Shown: piece after piece, positions 26,811 to 40,970 of the stretch
Position numbering within the stretch: position 1 is the first letter of the stretch
How the letters are laid out: every line of letters begins with the position of its first letter
From: Octopus vulgaris
Taxonomy: Eukaryota
DNA length: 64,000 bases
Reading direction: 5' to 3'
NCBI GenBank assembly: GCA_951406725.2
Contig: OX597817.1
Coordinates: forward strand, 15,438,001 to 15,502,000
Program-made: the position numbers and the translations under genes
The notes under the pieces: generated by a model
Told to the model about the DNA's origin: nothing
Databases searched by the model: none
Seen by the model: only the letters and a program-made list of their open reading frames with translations

Positions 26811-27350
26811 GGATCTTTTCGGTTTGAACAGCAGTTTTTTTCTAGCGGTGTCATATGAAATTGTCACCCATAATTATGACCTTAGTATCGATCTATTGCA
26901 TTTCAATCTATTTTAGGGTTAGGGTTAGGGTTATGGGATCTTTTCGGTTTGACCGGCAGTTTTTTCTAGCGGTGTCATATGAAATTGTCACCCATAATTA
27001 TGACCCTAGTATCGATCTATTGCATTTCAATCTGTTTTAGGGTTAGGAGTGGGGGGAAGGGTATCTTTTTTCTTCAGAAATGTAAATAAACACAATCTGT
27101 TTCTTAAACGAGGGACATATTCATACGGCACAGAATGTTTTTTTACCTCAATGGACGTCAGTGATTGGTTGAAATTGCAGAAACTGAAGAAAAAAACAAC
27201 AACAAATATCTTACAAACTATAGAATTTTCTCAATAAAACCAAGAGAAAAAGATGTTTTATAAACACATTCTACCAGTATACGAAGTTTAAAAAGTGTTT
27301 AGTTACGTGGAAATTATTTTAAAAAACTGCCGTTCAAACCGAAAAGATCC
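26811..27350. mobile_element. TIR MITE with duplicated left end and internal TTAGGG repeats
   Basis: TIR GGATCTTTTCGGTTTGAACGGCAGTTTTT (consensus) at 26811 and 26936 and inverted at 27321-27350; flanks (A/G)CAGAATTT at 26802-26810 and 27351-27359. Confidence 0.9.
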
Positions 27351-27746
27351 GCAGAATTTAAACATAAAAGTTAAAGAAACCATTTGAGTGAAGATGGATT
27401 GAATTCAATTCCCGAAGTTATGGCGTAATTGAGAAGTATGTTGTGATTGACATGGTTTTAATGTTCAGATGAAAGATAATTGTTTGATGCGCGTGCGGAT
27501 ATATTAATGATAGAACAGAGATCAAAATAAGCAATATGAGATTACTCCAATGACAAAAAATAAATCATTTTTATCATTATAACTTTGTGGTTTCTGAATT
27601 CCCTTTGGGATTACGCAGCGTATCTCGTTAGCTTCAATCCCATTGTCAAATAAATCGCCGATTAGAAAGATTATTTGGCTTTTAGCTTCATGATCTAAAT
27701 TGGAATACATTTAGAATCCCAAAACGTATTCATTACCATGAAATAT

Positions 27747-28157
27747 ACTCTCTTTTTACTCTTTTACTTGTTTCAGTCATTTGACTGCGGCTATGCTGGA
27801 GCACCACCTTTAGTCGAGCAAATCGACTCCGGGACTTATTCTTTGTAAGCCCAGTACTTATTCTATCGGTCTCTTTTGCCGAACCGCTAAGTGACGGGGA
27901 CGTAAACACACCAGCATCAGTTGTCAAGCAATACTAGGGGGACAAACACAGACACACAAACACACACACATAGATATATATATGTGCATATATACGACAG
28001 GCTTCTTTCATTTTCCGTCTACCAAATCCACTCACAAGGCATTGGTCGGCCCGAGGCTATAGCAGAAGACACTTGCCCAAGATGCCACGCAGTGGGACTG
28101 AACCCGGAACCATGTGGTTGGTTAGCAAGCTACTTACCACACAGCCACTCCTGCGCC
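27747..28157 (-). mobile_element. SINE family B, full length
   Basis: Reverse complement of the 10045 copy. Confidence 0.93.
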
Positions 28158-28287
28158 TATATAAAGTAAAATATAAATATTTTACTTTATCTAAATTGAA
28201 TACTTATTTCTGACACAAGGCGCAAGACCACACATTTTGGGGGAAGATTACCTCGGTGAGATCTGAACTAAAATAGGGACAACCACG

Positions 28288-28448
28288 CACTAGCATAACG
28301 GGGTGAAGGGGTAGGGGTGGTCCGCCCCGGGCGGCACTTTTCATCCTATTGAAGGCTGTTGCTGAAGGCAATATGTGGTTTTTGTGGTGTCCGGGGGCAG
28401 CAAACAGAAGGGCATCCCCGGGCGGCACACACTCTAGCTACGCTAGTG
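28288..28448. mobile_element. Small hAT-like MITE
   Basis: Termini CACTAGCATAAC / GCTACGCTAGTG; internal repeat CCCCGGGCGGCAC; degenerate 8-bp flanks CAACCACG / CAACCGTA. Confidence 0.6.
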
Positions 28449-28473
28449 CAACCGTAGCTATATATGTGCTGGT

Positions 28474-28857
28474 GGAGGCGCAATGGCCCAGTGGTTAGGG
28501 CAGCGGACTCGCGGTCATACGATCGCGGTTTCGATTCCCAGACCGGGCGTTGTGAGTGTTTATTGAGCGAAAACACCTAAAAGCTCCACGAGGCTCCGGC
28601 AGGGGATGGTGGTGATCCCTGCTGTACTCTTTCACCACAACTTTCTCTCACTCTTACTTCCTGTTTCTGTTGTACCTGTATTTCAAGGGGCCGGCCTTGT
28701 CACTCTCTGTGTCACACTGAATATCCCCGAGAACTACGTTAAGGGTGCACGTGTCTGTGGAGTGCTCAGCCACTTACACGTTAGTTTCACGAGCAGGCTG
28801 TTCCGTTGATTCGGATCAACCGGAACCCTCATCGTCGTAACCGACGGAGTGCTTCCA
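28474..28857 (+). mobile_element. SINE family C, full length
   Basis: tRNA head with A box TGGCCCAGTGG and B box GTTTCGATTCCC. Confidence 0.94.
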
Positions 28858-28867
28858 CCATATACGT

Positions 28868-29255
28868 GCAGGCATGATTGTCTGGTTACGACGCTCGCTT
28901 TGCAACAACGCAGTTTCGGGTTCTGTCTCATTGCGTGGTACCTGGAGCAAATATCCTCTGTCATAGCCCTGAGTCGACCAATGGTAGGCGGAAATTGTGC
29001 GGAAGCTCGTCATGTGTGTGTGCGCGTGTATGTGTGTGTGTGTGTTTGCATGTGCTTGTGTCTGTATTTGTCGCCGCCCACCGCTCGACAGTCAACGTTG
29101 GTTTGTTTACGTCCACGTTACGTAACAGTTTGGCAGAAGAGACCGAACGAATAAGTACTAGACTTAAAAATAAGTTGTGGCGTTGATCATTTCTATTAAA
29201 ACCCTTCAAGGCGGTGCCCCAGCATGGCTGCAGTCCAATGACGGAAAAAAGTAAA
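28868..29255 (+). mobile_element. Diverged SINE family B
   Basis: Degenerate head, (TG)n centre and GGCGGTGCCCCAGCATGG tail. Confidence 0.75.
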
Positions 29256-29456
29256 AAAAAAAAAAAAAACTAAAAATAAAAACAACTAAATGCTATGCAG
29301 TATTTTGTCCTTCGTTCCACTATTTCTGCTAATCTAGCTAAACTGAATATAGACACAACACCGACTTTCCGGATACTGATGGCTCGGAACTTCTTATAAT
29401 CCGCATTAATTTACGAGCAGAAACTTCAAATTTCTAGTACCTTGCAGAGACTAGTA

Positions 29457-30025
29457 CCTATTTCTTTACTACCCACAAGGGGCTAAACACAGAGAGGACA
29501 AACAGGGACAGACATAGGTATTAAGTCGATTACATCGACCCCAGTACGTAACTTGTACTTAATTTATCGACCCCGAAAGGGTGAAAGGCAAAGTCAACCT
29601 CGGCGGAATTTGAACTCACAACGTAACGGCAGACAAAATACCTATATCTTTATTACCCACAAGGGGCTAAACATAGAGGGGACAAACAAGGACAGACATA
29701 GGTATCAAGTCGATTACATCGACCCCAGTGCGTAACTGGTACTTAATTTATCAACCCCGAAAGGGTGAAAGGCAAAGTCAACCTCGGCGGAATTTGAACT
29801 CAGAACGTAACGGCAGACGAAATACCTATTTCTTTATTAACCACAAGGGGCTAAACACAGAGGGGACAAACAAGGACAGACATAGGTATCAAGTCGATTA
29901 CATCGACCCCAGTGCGTAACTGGTACTTAATTTATCGACCTCGAAAGGATGAAAAGTAAAGTCGACCTCGGCGGAATTTGAACTCAGAACGTAACGGCAG
30001 ACGAAATACGGCTACGCATTTCGCG
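29457..30025 (-). mobile_element. SINE family A trimer of 184-bp body units
   Basis: Three tandem bodies with 184-bp period, junctions (G)A(A/T)ATA|GGTATTT(C/T)GTC. Confidence 0.93.
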
Positions 30026-31039
30026 ATGGTCACGGCTAGAATAATTTGGTCCCAGGTCTTCTTGGTTAGCGTTAACCTGAGTGTAAGTAGCAGCAGTAGC
30101 AGAAGCAACAACAAGATAACAACAACCTGAAAATATCAAGTCGCCTTGAGTAGATTTGAACATCCGGGATCTTTGACGAGACTTTTCTGTCTTATCCGCT
30201 CAGCTATTTCGTCTCTTCAAAGTGACTATTGAACAGCAAGTGTTTATAGTAAAGTTCCCAATGGAATGTAATTCATTTCGCTGAACAAACTGAAGACATA
30301 AAAATAAAGTTGGTAACCTAATATCAGGAGTAACTTCAAATCCTCAGACCTCTATTATTACTGCGTAATACCAACTTTAACTGAACTGCACCTAAAACTT
30401 CTTCAATGGCAAGCATCGTATGCTGTGCATGCGTATATATTAACGGTAGAAAGAAAAGAAGCCATAAATAACTATAAATATGAAATGACTCCCACCACAA
30501 ATGATAAATCATATATGTCATGATATCTTTGTACTTTCTGAATGCCCTTTGAGATTTATGTAGTTCCTCTACTTTAAATTGCTCTGAAGGTTAACGTGAT
30601 TTTAAAAGTGTTGGCAGTGAGGGAGGAATTGGAGATTTGATCATTAGCAACATGAGAATCAATGAAGTTGATCTCTTAGAAACGTTACTACAAGATGGCG
30701 TGATCGAGATGTGACCATCACTCTAAATAATCTTCACTGGAACATCTTTAGCTGACATAAGTAATTATGGATTAGATTTTGCTGATGTTAAGTTGAATTT
30801 ATTTCAGATCATTTAAACACCTGTATCCTTTACGTTTGTCAAAGAACCGCATCGATGGAAAAGATTAGTCTCGACTAGCTCTTCTAGAACGACAATTTAC
30901 CTGGTATCCATCAGAAGTAACTGTAGAGAATCTTTAATAAAAACAAACTATTTATTCCTGAAACTTGTGCAAAAGTCCTTTCCACAGTTCATAACACATG
31001 AGTGTACAATAAAGACTGAAGAAAGAAAGGGCTTGAGTT

Positions 31040-31460
31040 TAAAAAAATTTTTTTTATTTTTTGGCTCAAACAGCAAAAAGCAAGGCCATGTAGGGGGACA
31101 TGGAGTTATGTACAGGGTGGTGTTCATGTAAAGAGTTCAGGCCACTTGTGGTCAAGGGAGACTTTGAACCGAGCGGTCGTCGGCATCTTCACTATCTCGT
31201 CCGGCAGCTTATTCCACGGATCCGCAACCCAGACGGAGAAAGCCCCTCTCCATCGATTGAGATGAAATCGTCGCAGATAGAGCTTTTCGGAATGACCCCG
31301 CAGCCGACGCTCTGGAGCAGGAGTGAAGAACAGCTCTTTCGAGAGGTTACACTTTCCGCTTATGATGTTGTGAGCAAGAATGAGATCACCACGGTGTCGT
31401 CGTTTTTCTAGAGAATAAAGGTCGAGGAATGTCCACTGATGGTAGAGACACTGAAACATC
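31040..31460 (-). pseudogene. 5'-truncated CR1-type LINE (ORF2 C-terminus and 3' UTR)
   Basis: LYSLEKRRHRGDLI, LRGHSEKL, FSVWVADPWNKLP, FKVSLD. Confidence 0.88.
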
Positions 31461-32135
31461 TGTCGATTCTGGTAACTTGTACTAAAATCAAATTTAAAGG
31501 CAGCCCTTCTACCGATAAGTGATGGAAGTCACAACCATGGGAAAGATTTCTTCTGAAATTTGCAAAATGCTAGAAATAATTCATTCAGTCACTACTTGGA
31601 TTGACGCCCTATCTCTTTAGTTTGGGAGTTCCAGTGACAGTAATGCCAGACAATGGAATTGAATTCAATCACTTAGATGAGTGGCTACACCATCTTGATT
31701 TCAAGAAAAGTGACTGTTTTACTCGCTGTAAAAAAAAAAAAAGAAAAGAAAAGAAAAAAAACACATCAACGGCTTTACGCCACTGTTTTTGACTTTGAAC
31801 TCTTTTTCTGGCTCTCTTCAGTTCAGCCCCTGCTTTTCAGTTCTGCAAAAGAGGATGTAGTGATCCACAATTGCTACAATTTTAACCTGGTTTCAACTTC
31901 GTTGTTTTCTTAACTTCCCTTGACAAAAGCCTTTTGAAGTAGAATTTGACTATGCCACTGATCCAAGAACAATTACCCGTTCCGGCTGCACCATTACAAG
32001 AAGGTTATTACAATGTTTTAGTATTCCTTAGAAGTAACTGTAAGTAGTAAGAAGTGTGTGAGAAACGTAACTGAACGATGTGTGTCGATACATTTGTGTG
32101 TGTGTGTGTGTGTGTGTTTGTACACACACGCACGT

Positions 32136-32514
32136 GGAGGCGCAATGACCTTGTGCTTAGGGCAGTGGACTCGCGGTCGTAGGATCACGGTTTCGATTCC
32201 CAGATCGGGCATTATGAGTGTTTATTGAGCGAAAATACCTAAAGTTCCACGAGGCCCCGGCAAGGGGTGGTGGCGAACCCTGCTGTACTCTTTCACTACA
32301 ACTTTCTATCACTTCTTCTTCTTGTTTCTGTTGTACCTGTATTTCAAAGGTCCAGCTTTGTCACACTCTGTGTCACGCTGAATATCCCCGAGAATTACAT
32401 TAAGGGTACACATGACTGTGGAGCGCTCAGCCACTTGCACGTTTATTTCACGAGCAGGCTGTTCCGTTGATCGGATCAACTAGAACCTTCGTCGTCGCAA
32501 CCGACGGAGTTCCA
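32136..32514 (+). mobile_element. SINE family C, moderately diverged, followed by (CA)n
   Basis: Aligns end to end with 28474-28857. Confidence 0.92.
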
Positions 32515-32515
32515 C

Positions 32516-32582
<67 letters not shown>

Positions 32583-34007
32583 AGCGTAATAAGAGAGATT
32601 GGGAAGAATTAATCTGAAATACGTACGTGGAAGTTTTCGACAGAATTGTTGCATATAGAATCATACTGATTTAAAAATGGTAAGTAGAAAAATTCCTCAA
32701 TGTTGGTCCTCATCCTCTTCGCAAAGTGCTAGAAGGCTTTGTTGCAATGAGTGCACTACTTGAAGGCTATCTTATAGAAGTCGCGCTTTGAGTAAAATTG
32801 ATATTGGGTATTTAGAACTTTGGTTATTTGAGAAATGAGAACCCAAATGATGTTAGCATCAACTTTAAATTCATCCAAGGCATGGTACCCACACCATCCG
32901 TCCTCTACAAAATCCATGCTCGCATCACATCGCAACACGAAGACAGAACTTGGCCCTGCCAAGACACTTAAGAGAACGAAAAGATTTCATAAAATTCAAA
33001 CGGTTCCTGGTTGAATATCTCTGTAGTACCTTCATGCAGGCATAGCGTGGGTTCGATCCTCGATTACCAAATTTCACTTAACAGTTCAACAGCACTTTTC
33101 TCACGGTAAAACAATAGTTTTTCTGTGACAGCAGTTACATTTGCCAGATGCCTTCGCTAAGCAGAATAATGTCTTTACCACTTGACCCTTCTAACCTCTT
33201 CTAGGCCACCAAAAGCTAGAACAGAGATTACAGACCGCCAACGAAATTCATTGTTCCCAACAATATGTCTCTCCTTCTGACTGGTTTTGGATAGTTATAA
33301 AAACAAGAACTCCGTAAGCCAACTCCGGACACAGACTAGCTAGTTTTTTTAAAACTACCACCTGTCCAGGAAGCTCAGTCTGGAGAAGAGTTGCCTACCT
33401 CAAAGAACGTTTGAGAAAAGATGGACAAATGTCGTAAGGAAGTTGAGAGTGAATGGGGCCGCCATAGTGTAGCCGGTCTGAACGGAAAAGAAGGTAAAAA
33501 AAAAAAAACAAGGAAGAAAAAACTGAAAGGAAAGAAACCGGTGGGTCGAACACAAACCCAGAAAAATATATTATCATTTAATTTATAATTCATTTATTTA
33601 ATCCATTTCGATGTCATAGTATTCTTCAAATTCATTCGATTTCATTATATTTGACTTTTTATACGAACTGACTAATGTATGACCCCAGTCCCTAAATATT
33701 TTTGTTTTGTTCTTGTGCTGTCCCCCTATGTGAGCCATGTATTGGCAATAAAGAAATTGGTTAGTGAGAATCGAGTCTGGCTGACCTGCTAAAACAAAGC
33801 GTCGTCTCTGAAAGAAAAGGCACAAAGGGACAACTATGGCAATGTTCCAACGAATCAGTTGTTTCGTCCTACCACTCTCACTTCCTTTTCTCTGTAACAT
33901 TACCACATCTCTCTATATATACTACTAAGGCCGAAATTAACTTTACCTTGTATGCTTTACGAACTGTGTTATACTAGTACACTAGCCTACCCGTCGTGGT
34001 ATGGTAT

Positions 34008-34232
34008 GAGCTAGCAGACACGTTAGCGCGCCGGGCGAAATGCTTAGTGGTATTTTCGTCTGTCGTTACGTTCTGAGTTCAAATTCCGCCGAGGTCAACT
34101 TTGCCTTTCATCCTTTCGGGGTCGATAGATAAAGTACCAGTTTCGCACTGGGGTCGATATAATCGACTCAATCCGTTTGTCTGTCCTTGTTTGTCCCCTC
34201 TATGTTTAGCCCCTTCTGGGCAGTAAAGAAAT
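34008..34232 (+). mobile_element. SINE family A
   Basis: Family A head and body. Confidence 0.92.
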
Positions 34233-34646
34233 ATAAAAATATATATATATATTAAAGTAACAATAAATAAATATTTCTTTACAACTTCGATCACTGTTCT
34301 TCTTTCATCTTGCACATCTGTAACAACGAACTGCATTACCGTTACATTGGTAACCCCGACTAGAAAGAACTACTTCCTTCTGATGCAACAAGAGCCGTTA
34401 CATATCGTTACAACTACCATAACAGGCATCGATTACACTGGTGACCCCCGTCTAAAAACAATTGCTACTTTCTAATGCTACATGCCGCTGCATTTGGCTG
34501 ACTTCGAACTGAAGAACTACAGTCGTCGTATCAACATTCACTAAACCAGAGGAAAAGAATGACAACCTTTGTCACCACCAAGATGCACCCTCGTTCCACT
34601 TGTTACAATGCGCGCAACAGTAATCACTATACTGCGATGCAAACTG

Positions 34647-35059
34647 GGATCTTTTCGGTTTGAACGGCAGTTTTTTCTAGCGGTGTCATATAAAATTGTC
34701 ACCCATAATTATGACCCTAGTATCGATCTATTGCATTTCAATCTGTTTTAGGATCAGGGGTGGAGGGAAAGGGTATCTTTTTTTCTTCAGAAATGTAAAT
34801 AAACCCAATCTGTTTCTTAAACGAGGGACATATTCATACGGCACAGAATGTTTTCACCTCAATAGACGTCATTGATTGGTTGAAATTGCAGAAATTGAAG
34901 AAAAACAAACAACAAATAACTTACAAACTATAGAATTTTCTCAATAAAACCAAGAGAAAAAGATGTTTTATAAACACATTCTACCAGTATACGAAGTTTA
35001 AAAGTGCTTAGTTACGTGGAAATTATTTTTAAAAACTGCCGTTCAAACCGAAAAGATCC
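34647..35059. mobile_element. TIR MITE, same family as 26936-27350
   Basis: 29-bp TIR GGATCTTTTCGGTTTGAACGGCAGTTTTT; TSD CAAACTG at 34640-34646 and 35060-35066. Confidence 0.93.
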
Positions 35060-36106
35060 CAAACTGCGATTAACTTCACTACAATGCAACCCTGCCGACG
35101 CTCAAAGAATTCGCTGACCGACCACGGAATCCCAATTTAACTGGAAGAAATTACGGAAGCCCGCACATGCAACCTTTTCGGCACACACACACACGCTTTT
35201 CGTCTCGTCCCGACGTACAGACCCTGCATTGTCTACAAACTTTTTCACGTATATAAGACCCTCATATAGACTCTCAGCAACTCTTTTTCTTTGCATGCAT
35301 GTCTTACAAATGGCAACCAACAACTTAACAACAACCGTTACACTTCCAACAAATTCCAGATAAACCACTTACATCTGGATATTTCTCCAAGCAATAACTC
35401 TACTCGAATGGGCTTCGGTGCCTAAAGAATAACTGTAAAGTGAAACATCATTAAATGTCTTTTCCGGCGTTGCTATTGAGTTAACTATGGCCTGGGCCAA
35501 TTCTGGCCGAAGCTTAAGCACCTAAACGTTTAAGCGGTGCCCTGCTTTGATTAATCAGTGACCATTGGACAAAGTATACATTACCGAGACAAATCTTTGA
35601 GAAAACATCAAGTAGCAATTGAATATGATTATTGGCAATGGAGGACTATTAGACCAGTGCATTGAATAAAGGCACTTGGAAAATTCCATTCGCTCAATGT
35701 TCTTTCTTTGAGAAAGTTGGCGAAATATTGAACTAATTCGAATAACAAACACTTCCGAACGAAGGAACCTCTCTATATGATTTTTAAACCTATTAGAAAT
35801 AACAATCACATTTTTCATAAAACAAATTAAGAGGTGTGCATTGGACAATATAATCCCGAATATTCAAAACGATAGAATAAAGAAGAGAATTGAAAGAACT
35901 GGGTAGTCAAGGTGGAAACGCTTTGATCGTGTCATTAAGCCTAGAAAAAAATCTGTAGAACTCTAAGATAGAACATATTTCATATACATATGCGAAGGAA
36001 ATTGAAGCCAGTAAATATATATTTAACTTCATATGGTAAAATTAAAGGTCAATAAAGAGAAGAAACTTTGTCAGGGAAGAAAACAAATCTTGCCTGCATT
36101 TACAGA

Positions 36107-36377
36107 TAATTATGACCCTAGTATCGATCTATTGCATTTCAATCTGTTTTAGGGTTAGGAGTGGGGGGAAGGGTATCTTTTTTCTTCAGAAATGTAAATA
36201 AACACAATCTGTTTCTTAAACGAGGGACATATTCATACGGCACAGAATGTTTTCACCTCAATAGATCTCATTGATTGGTTGAAATTGCAGAAATTGAAGA
36301 AGAAAAAACAACAAATATCTTACAAACTATAGAATTTTCTCAATAAAACCAAGAGAAAAAGATGTGTTATAAACACA
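36107..36377. mobile_element. Internal fragment of the same MITE family, no TIRs
   Basis: Matches 26994-27268. Confidence 0.88.
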
Positions 36378-37159
36378 GTGGAAGCTGTTTTGAGAAAGAA
36401 ATCTTTTGCAAGATTTATAAATGTCTTAAAAATTGTGAATAAAAAAGAAAAAGCGGGAACAATATGCGAAGAGATCCATACAGTAAGCACCTAGTAAACC
36501 GTATCTATTACCCGGTTTCAATTCGAGGTTACAGCCATATCGTATCTTTTACGCCGTTAGAAATCGAGAGAAGAGAATGAAAGTAATGAATTTCGTTTTC
36601 CCCTCTCTCATAAGACTGAAAGTTTCTACCTCTGAGAGAAATAGATTTTAGGTGAAGACCTGAATAGTATTAGGAATTACGAGTTGTTAACATCCTGTGA
36701 CGATAGTAACGGAAGAGGGGTTTCCTCTGTAAGCATTGGAATACTACGGGGATAGTCTATCGTTCTATATACTTTATGAGTGTGTGTGTGTGTGTATACA
36801 TTTATGAGTCTGTGTGTATGTGCATACATTAATATAATACATACATTGAAATAATACACACACACAAGTAAATATATATAATCTTCCCTTTAACTTTTAA
36901 ACAGAAAACGAATACTTAAAATGATTAGTTTATAATACCAGTCAATAGTTATTATAAATATACACCCACTCATTTCATGCACTCATTCACACACATATAC
37001 CCATTGCAGTGTACCCACATACAGAAACACTTGTATATATATTGGTTATTATATAAGAATATTTTTGTATAAAAACAGTAATGCATAGCGTATATAACAA
37101 AAAATATATTCATACATACATGCATATATATGCACATACGAGCACGTTACACACATTGT

Positions 37160-37947
<788 letters not shown>

Positions 37948-38829
37948 GTGCAGACAAGTAAACAAGAAAAAGAAACATACTAGACTACATTTATTTCGTT
38001 TTATTTTTCTTTCACTCTGATTTTCCCATTCTTTTAGTCTTTTCTAATTATTTCTAAATTAAACTGTCACTATGCTAGCAGTTGATGAGTTGTAGTGTTT
38101 AGTTAAAGAATAAATGAAATAAAATTTTTAAAAAATATTTATTCGAAATAGATAAAAAAAAAAAAGCTTAGAAACAAAATTGTTAATAGTTTTCTTTTTT
38201 TTATTATTATTATTTTACTGCTTTTGCAGAATTACTTGTTGCCTACTAATCGAAGAGCTGGCTTATCGATATAAATTCGTTCTCTCATATTTCTATATTC
38301 ATGCTAGCATCTACTTATGAGAGAATGACGGCTATTGTTGGTTAGCAGAATCATGTGAGGGTTTTCCTTTAAAGAGTGAAAATAGTCTCTGGTGAATGGG
38401 GTGTGTATTCTTGTCGAAACTGCGTGGGTTGATGCAACAATGCAGACAAAATGTAGCTATTGTACAATTGTATAGAGACAATAGGAAACAAGTTAAGTCA
38501 TACACAGGGAAGTACATATGTTGCAGTGAGTGGGAGTATATATGAGAATATATTTCAGAATAAGTATTTTGCTAGTGCATACATAAATGTCTCTCCTATG
38601 TAGCCACTTTTAATCAAAAATTTTTTCCCATTCATGGCTCCAATTAATTATGATTGTGACGGCCAATATTGTAGGGAACTCCTACTACAGTTATCGATCA
38701 TAGCAAAGAAAGAAAGAAGGAAAATATCACGAGGAAATCCCAACTGTAAGACCACTTCGTCAGATGTGATTTCTCGTCCACTAAATTATCATTATCGTTG
38801 TTGTCGTCGTGGTGGTCATGGTTGTCAAC

Positions 38830-38872
38830 ATCAACACCATCAACACCATCATCATCATCATCATCATCCTTA

Positions 38873-38933
<61 letters not shown>

Positions 38934-39209
38934 CATCATTATTATTATTATTATCTGCATTATACATAGTTTTATCCTAATTTATATCATTACTGTATAT
39001 ACTTATACATTTAACATATTTTACAAATAGCCTTTTTGGTGAAATTGATATTTAATGAAGGAAATTGCCTTATTTATGAAATCAACTGAGGAATGAATTA
39101 AGTTCATAGAGAGATAAAAAAGAACAACATATGTATGTATGTAGGTATATATATATATATATATATATGTGTGTCTATATATATATATGTATGTATGTAT
39201 GTATATATT

Positions 39210-39280
<71 letters not shown>

Positions 39281-39339
39281 TTTATTTTAAGCAGCAGAAA
39301 ATTCAACAAAATCTGTTACTCTGAGTTTCTCGTTGCCGT

Positions 39340-39429
<90 letters not shown>

Positions 39430-39506
39430 GTACATGTATATGCACAACATACGCACATCGCACATATAATGTATTATACATACAAATATCTATCTATCTA
39501 TCTATC

Positions 39507-39581
<75 letters not shown>

Positions 39582-39838
39582 ATCTGTCTGTCTGTCTGTC
39601 TATATGTAATATATGTGCGTGTATACATACACGCATATATATATATATGTATGTACGTATGTGTGTACGTATGTATGTATGTTTGTATGTATGTATGTAT
39701 GCATGTACACACAGCTATCGATATACTCGCACACATACATATACACATGCATATATACACACATTTTACAGGCATATACATACATGCATAAATGAATACG
39801 TAATAGATAATATAAGTATACATCTATATATATGTGTA

Positions 39839-39920
<82 letters not shown>

Positions 39921-40080
39921 CACATACATACATATATATATGAGATGGAATAGATCCATAGATCCTGTATATATATGTATGTATATATACCCTACATTAA
40001 TTTTATACTATATACATACATACATACATACATACATACATACATACATACATACATACATACATACATACACACACACA
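38830..40080. repeat. Microsatellite cluster (CAT)n, (TAT)n, (TA)n, (TCTA)n, (CATA)n
   Basis: Direct reading. Confidence 0.95.
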
Positions 40081-40339
40081 TGATCGATTTGTAAAATAAT
40101 TGATTTACAGTGAATACCAATCAGTAATGTGATTCTGACCAGACGAAATTGATAAGAGCCAGAACACCATCACTTGCTCATTTTATATGACTTATTTCTA
40201 TAATATATTTTTTAATGAAACGGAGAAATACGCATGACACACTTTTGTTGGTCGGTTTGCATTATAAATGATATCAAATAAATAGTAGGTTATTTGAGGA
40301 ATTCCAGCAGCTTAAGGAGGTTTCAGAATATCAAGTAGC

Positions 40340-40970
40340 CGATGACGTCAGACAACAGAAATGGGATGGCATTCCAAATATATTTCCTCGCATCTTTCTT
40401 CCCTCCTACTTCTAAAACGTTTACCTTTACCTTTCACCCGGGTCTTCCGTTCGTTTTTTGATTCTCTACTTCTTTCGTAATTTCTCTTTGCTCATAAAAC
40501 CTATGTATTCTCTTTCTTTCTTTCACTTTCTTCTATACGTAAAAATGTATTAATAAACTTTTACTCTGTCTAACACTGTAGCTTAGTTTTTCCAGCCCAC
40601 GTAAAAATAAATAAACGAATAAACCAATAAGTAAGTAAGTAAGTAAATAAATAAATAAACGCATAAATAATTAAATGAATAAGTAAAATGGGAAATGGAA
40701 ATCTAATATGATGAAGAAATAATGCTACGAAGATAGAAAAAATAAAAGAAAAATCAACGACATTAATACAAACAACGACTTTGAAAAATTTTGAGAAATT
40801 TCTTTAAAACAACAAGAGAAAGGTGTGAGTGGAAAAAGGGGGGTTAGAAAAACAGAAAGAATTGACCACAAACGAAGTGGGAGTATTGCTTTCGGAATTT
40901 TGGGAAACGATCGCAGAAAAATGACGTCATTTCTAGGGAAATTTCCACAGGTTAAATGACCTTGGATATT
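40340..40970. promoter_or_regulatory. Candidate promoter/enhancer motif cluster
   Basis: CRE TGACGTCA at 40343-40350 and 40922-40929; kB-like GGGAAATTTCC 40936-40946; TTCTAGGGAA 40931-40940; TGACCTTGG 40957-40965; unique DNA free of recognisable TEs. Confidence 0.4.

Noticed and set aside
26913-26930. (TTAGGG)3 as a telomere or fusion scar
   Set aside because: It is an internal part of a MITE family seen several times in the window.
28474-28550. tRNA-like sequences with A and B boxes
   Set aside because: They are SINE heads continuing into shared bodies, lack a proper acceptor stem, and are not tRNA genes.
38230-38354. Possible exon after a TTTTGCAG acceptor, containing a 13-bp hairpin
   Set aside because: Stops in all three frames, weak donor, and the stem is too short for a pre-miRNA; cannot be supported without RNA data.
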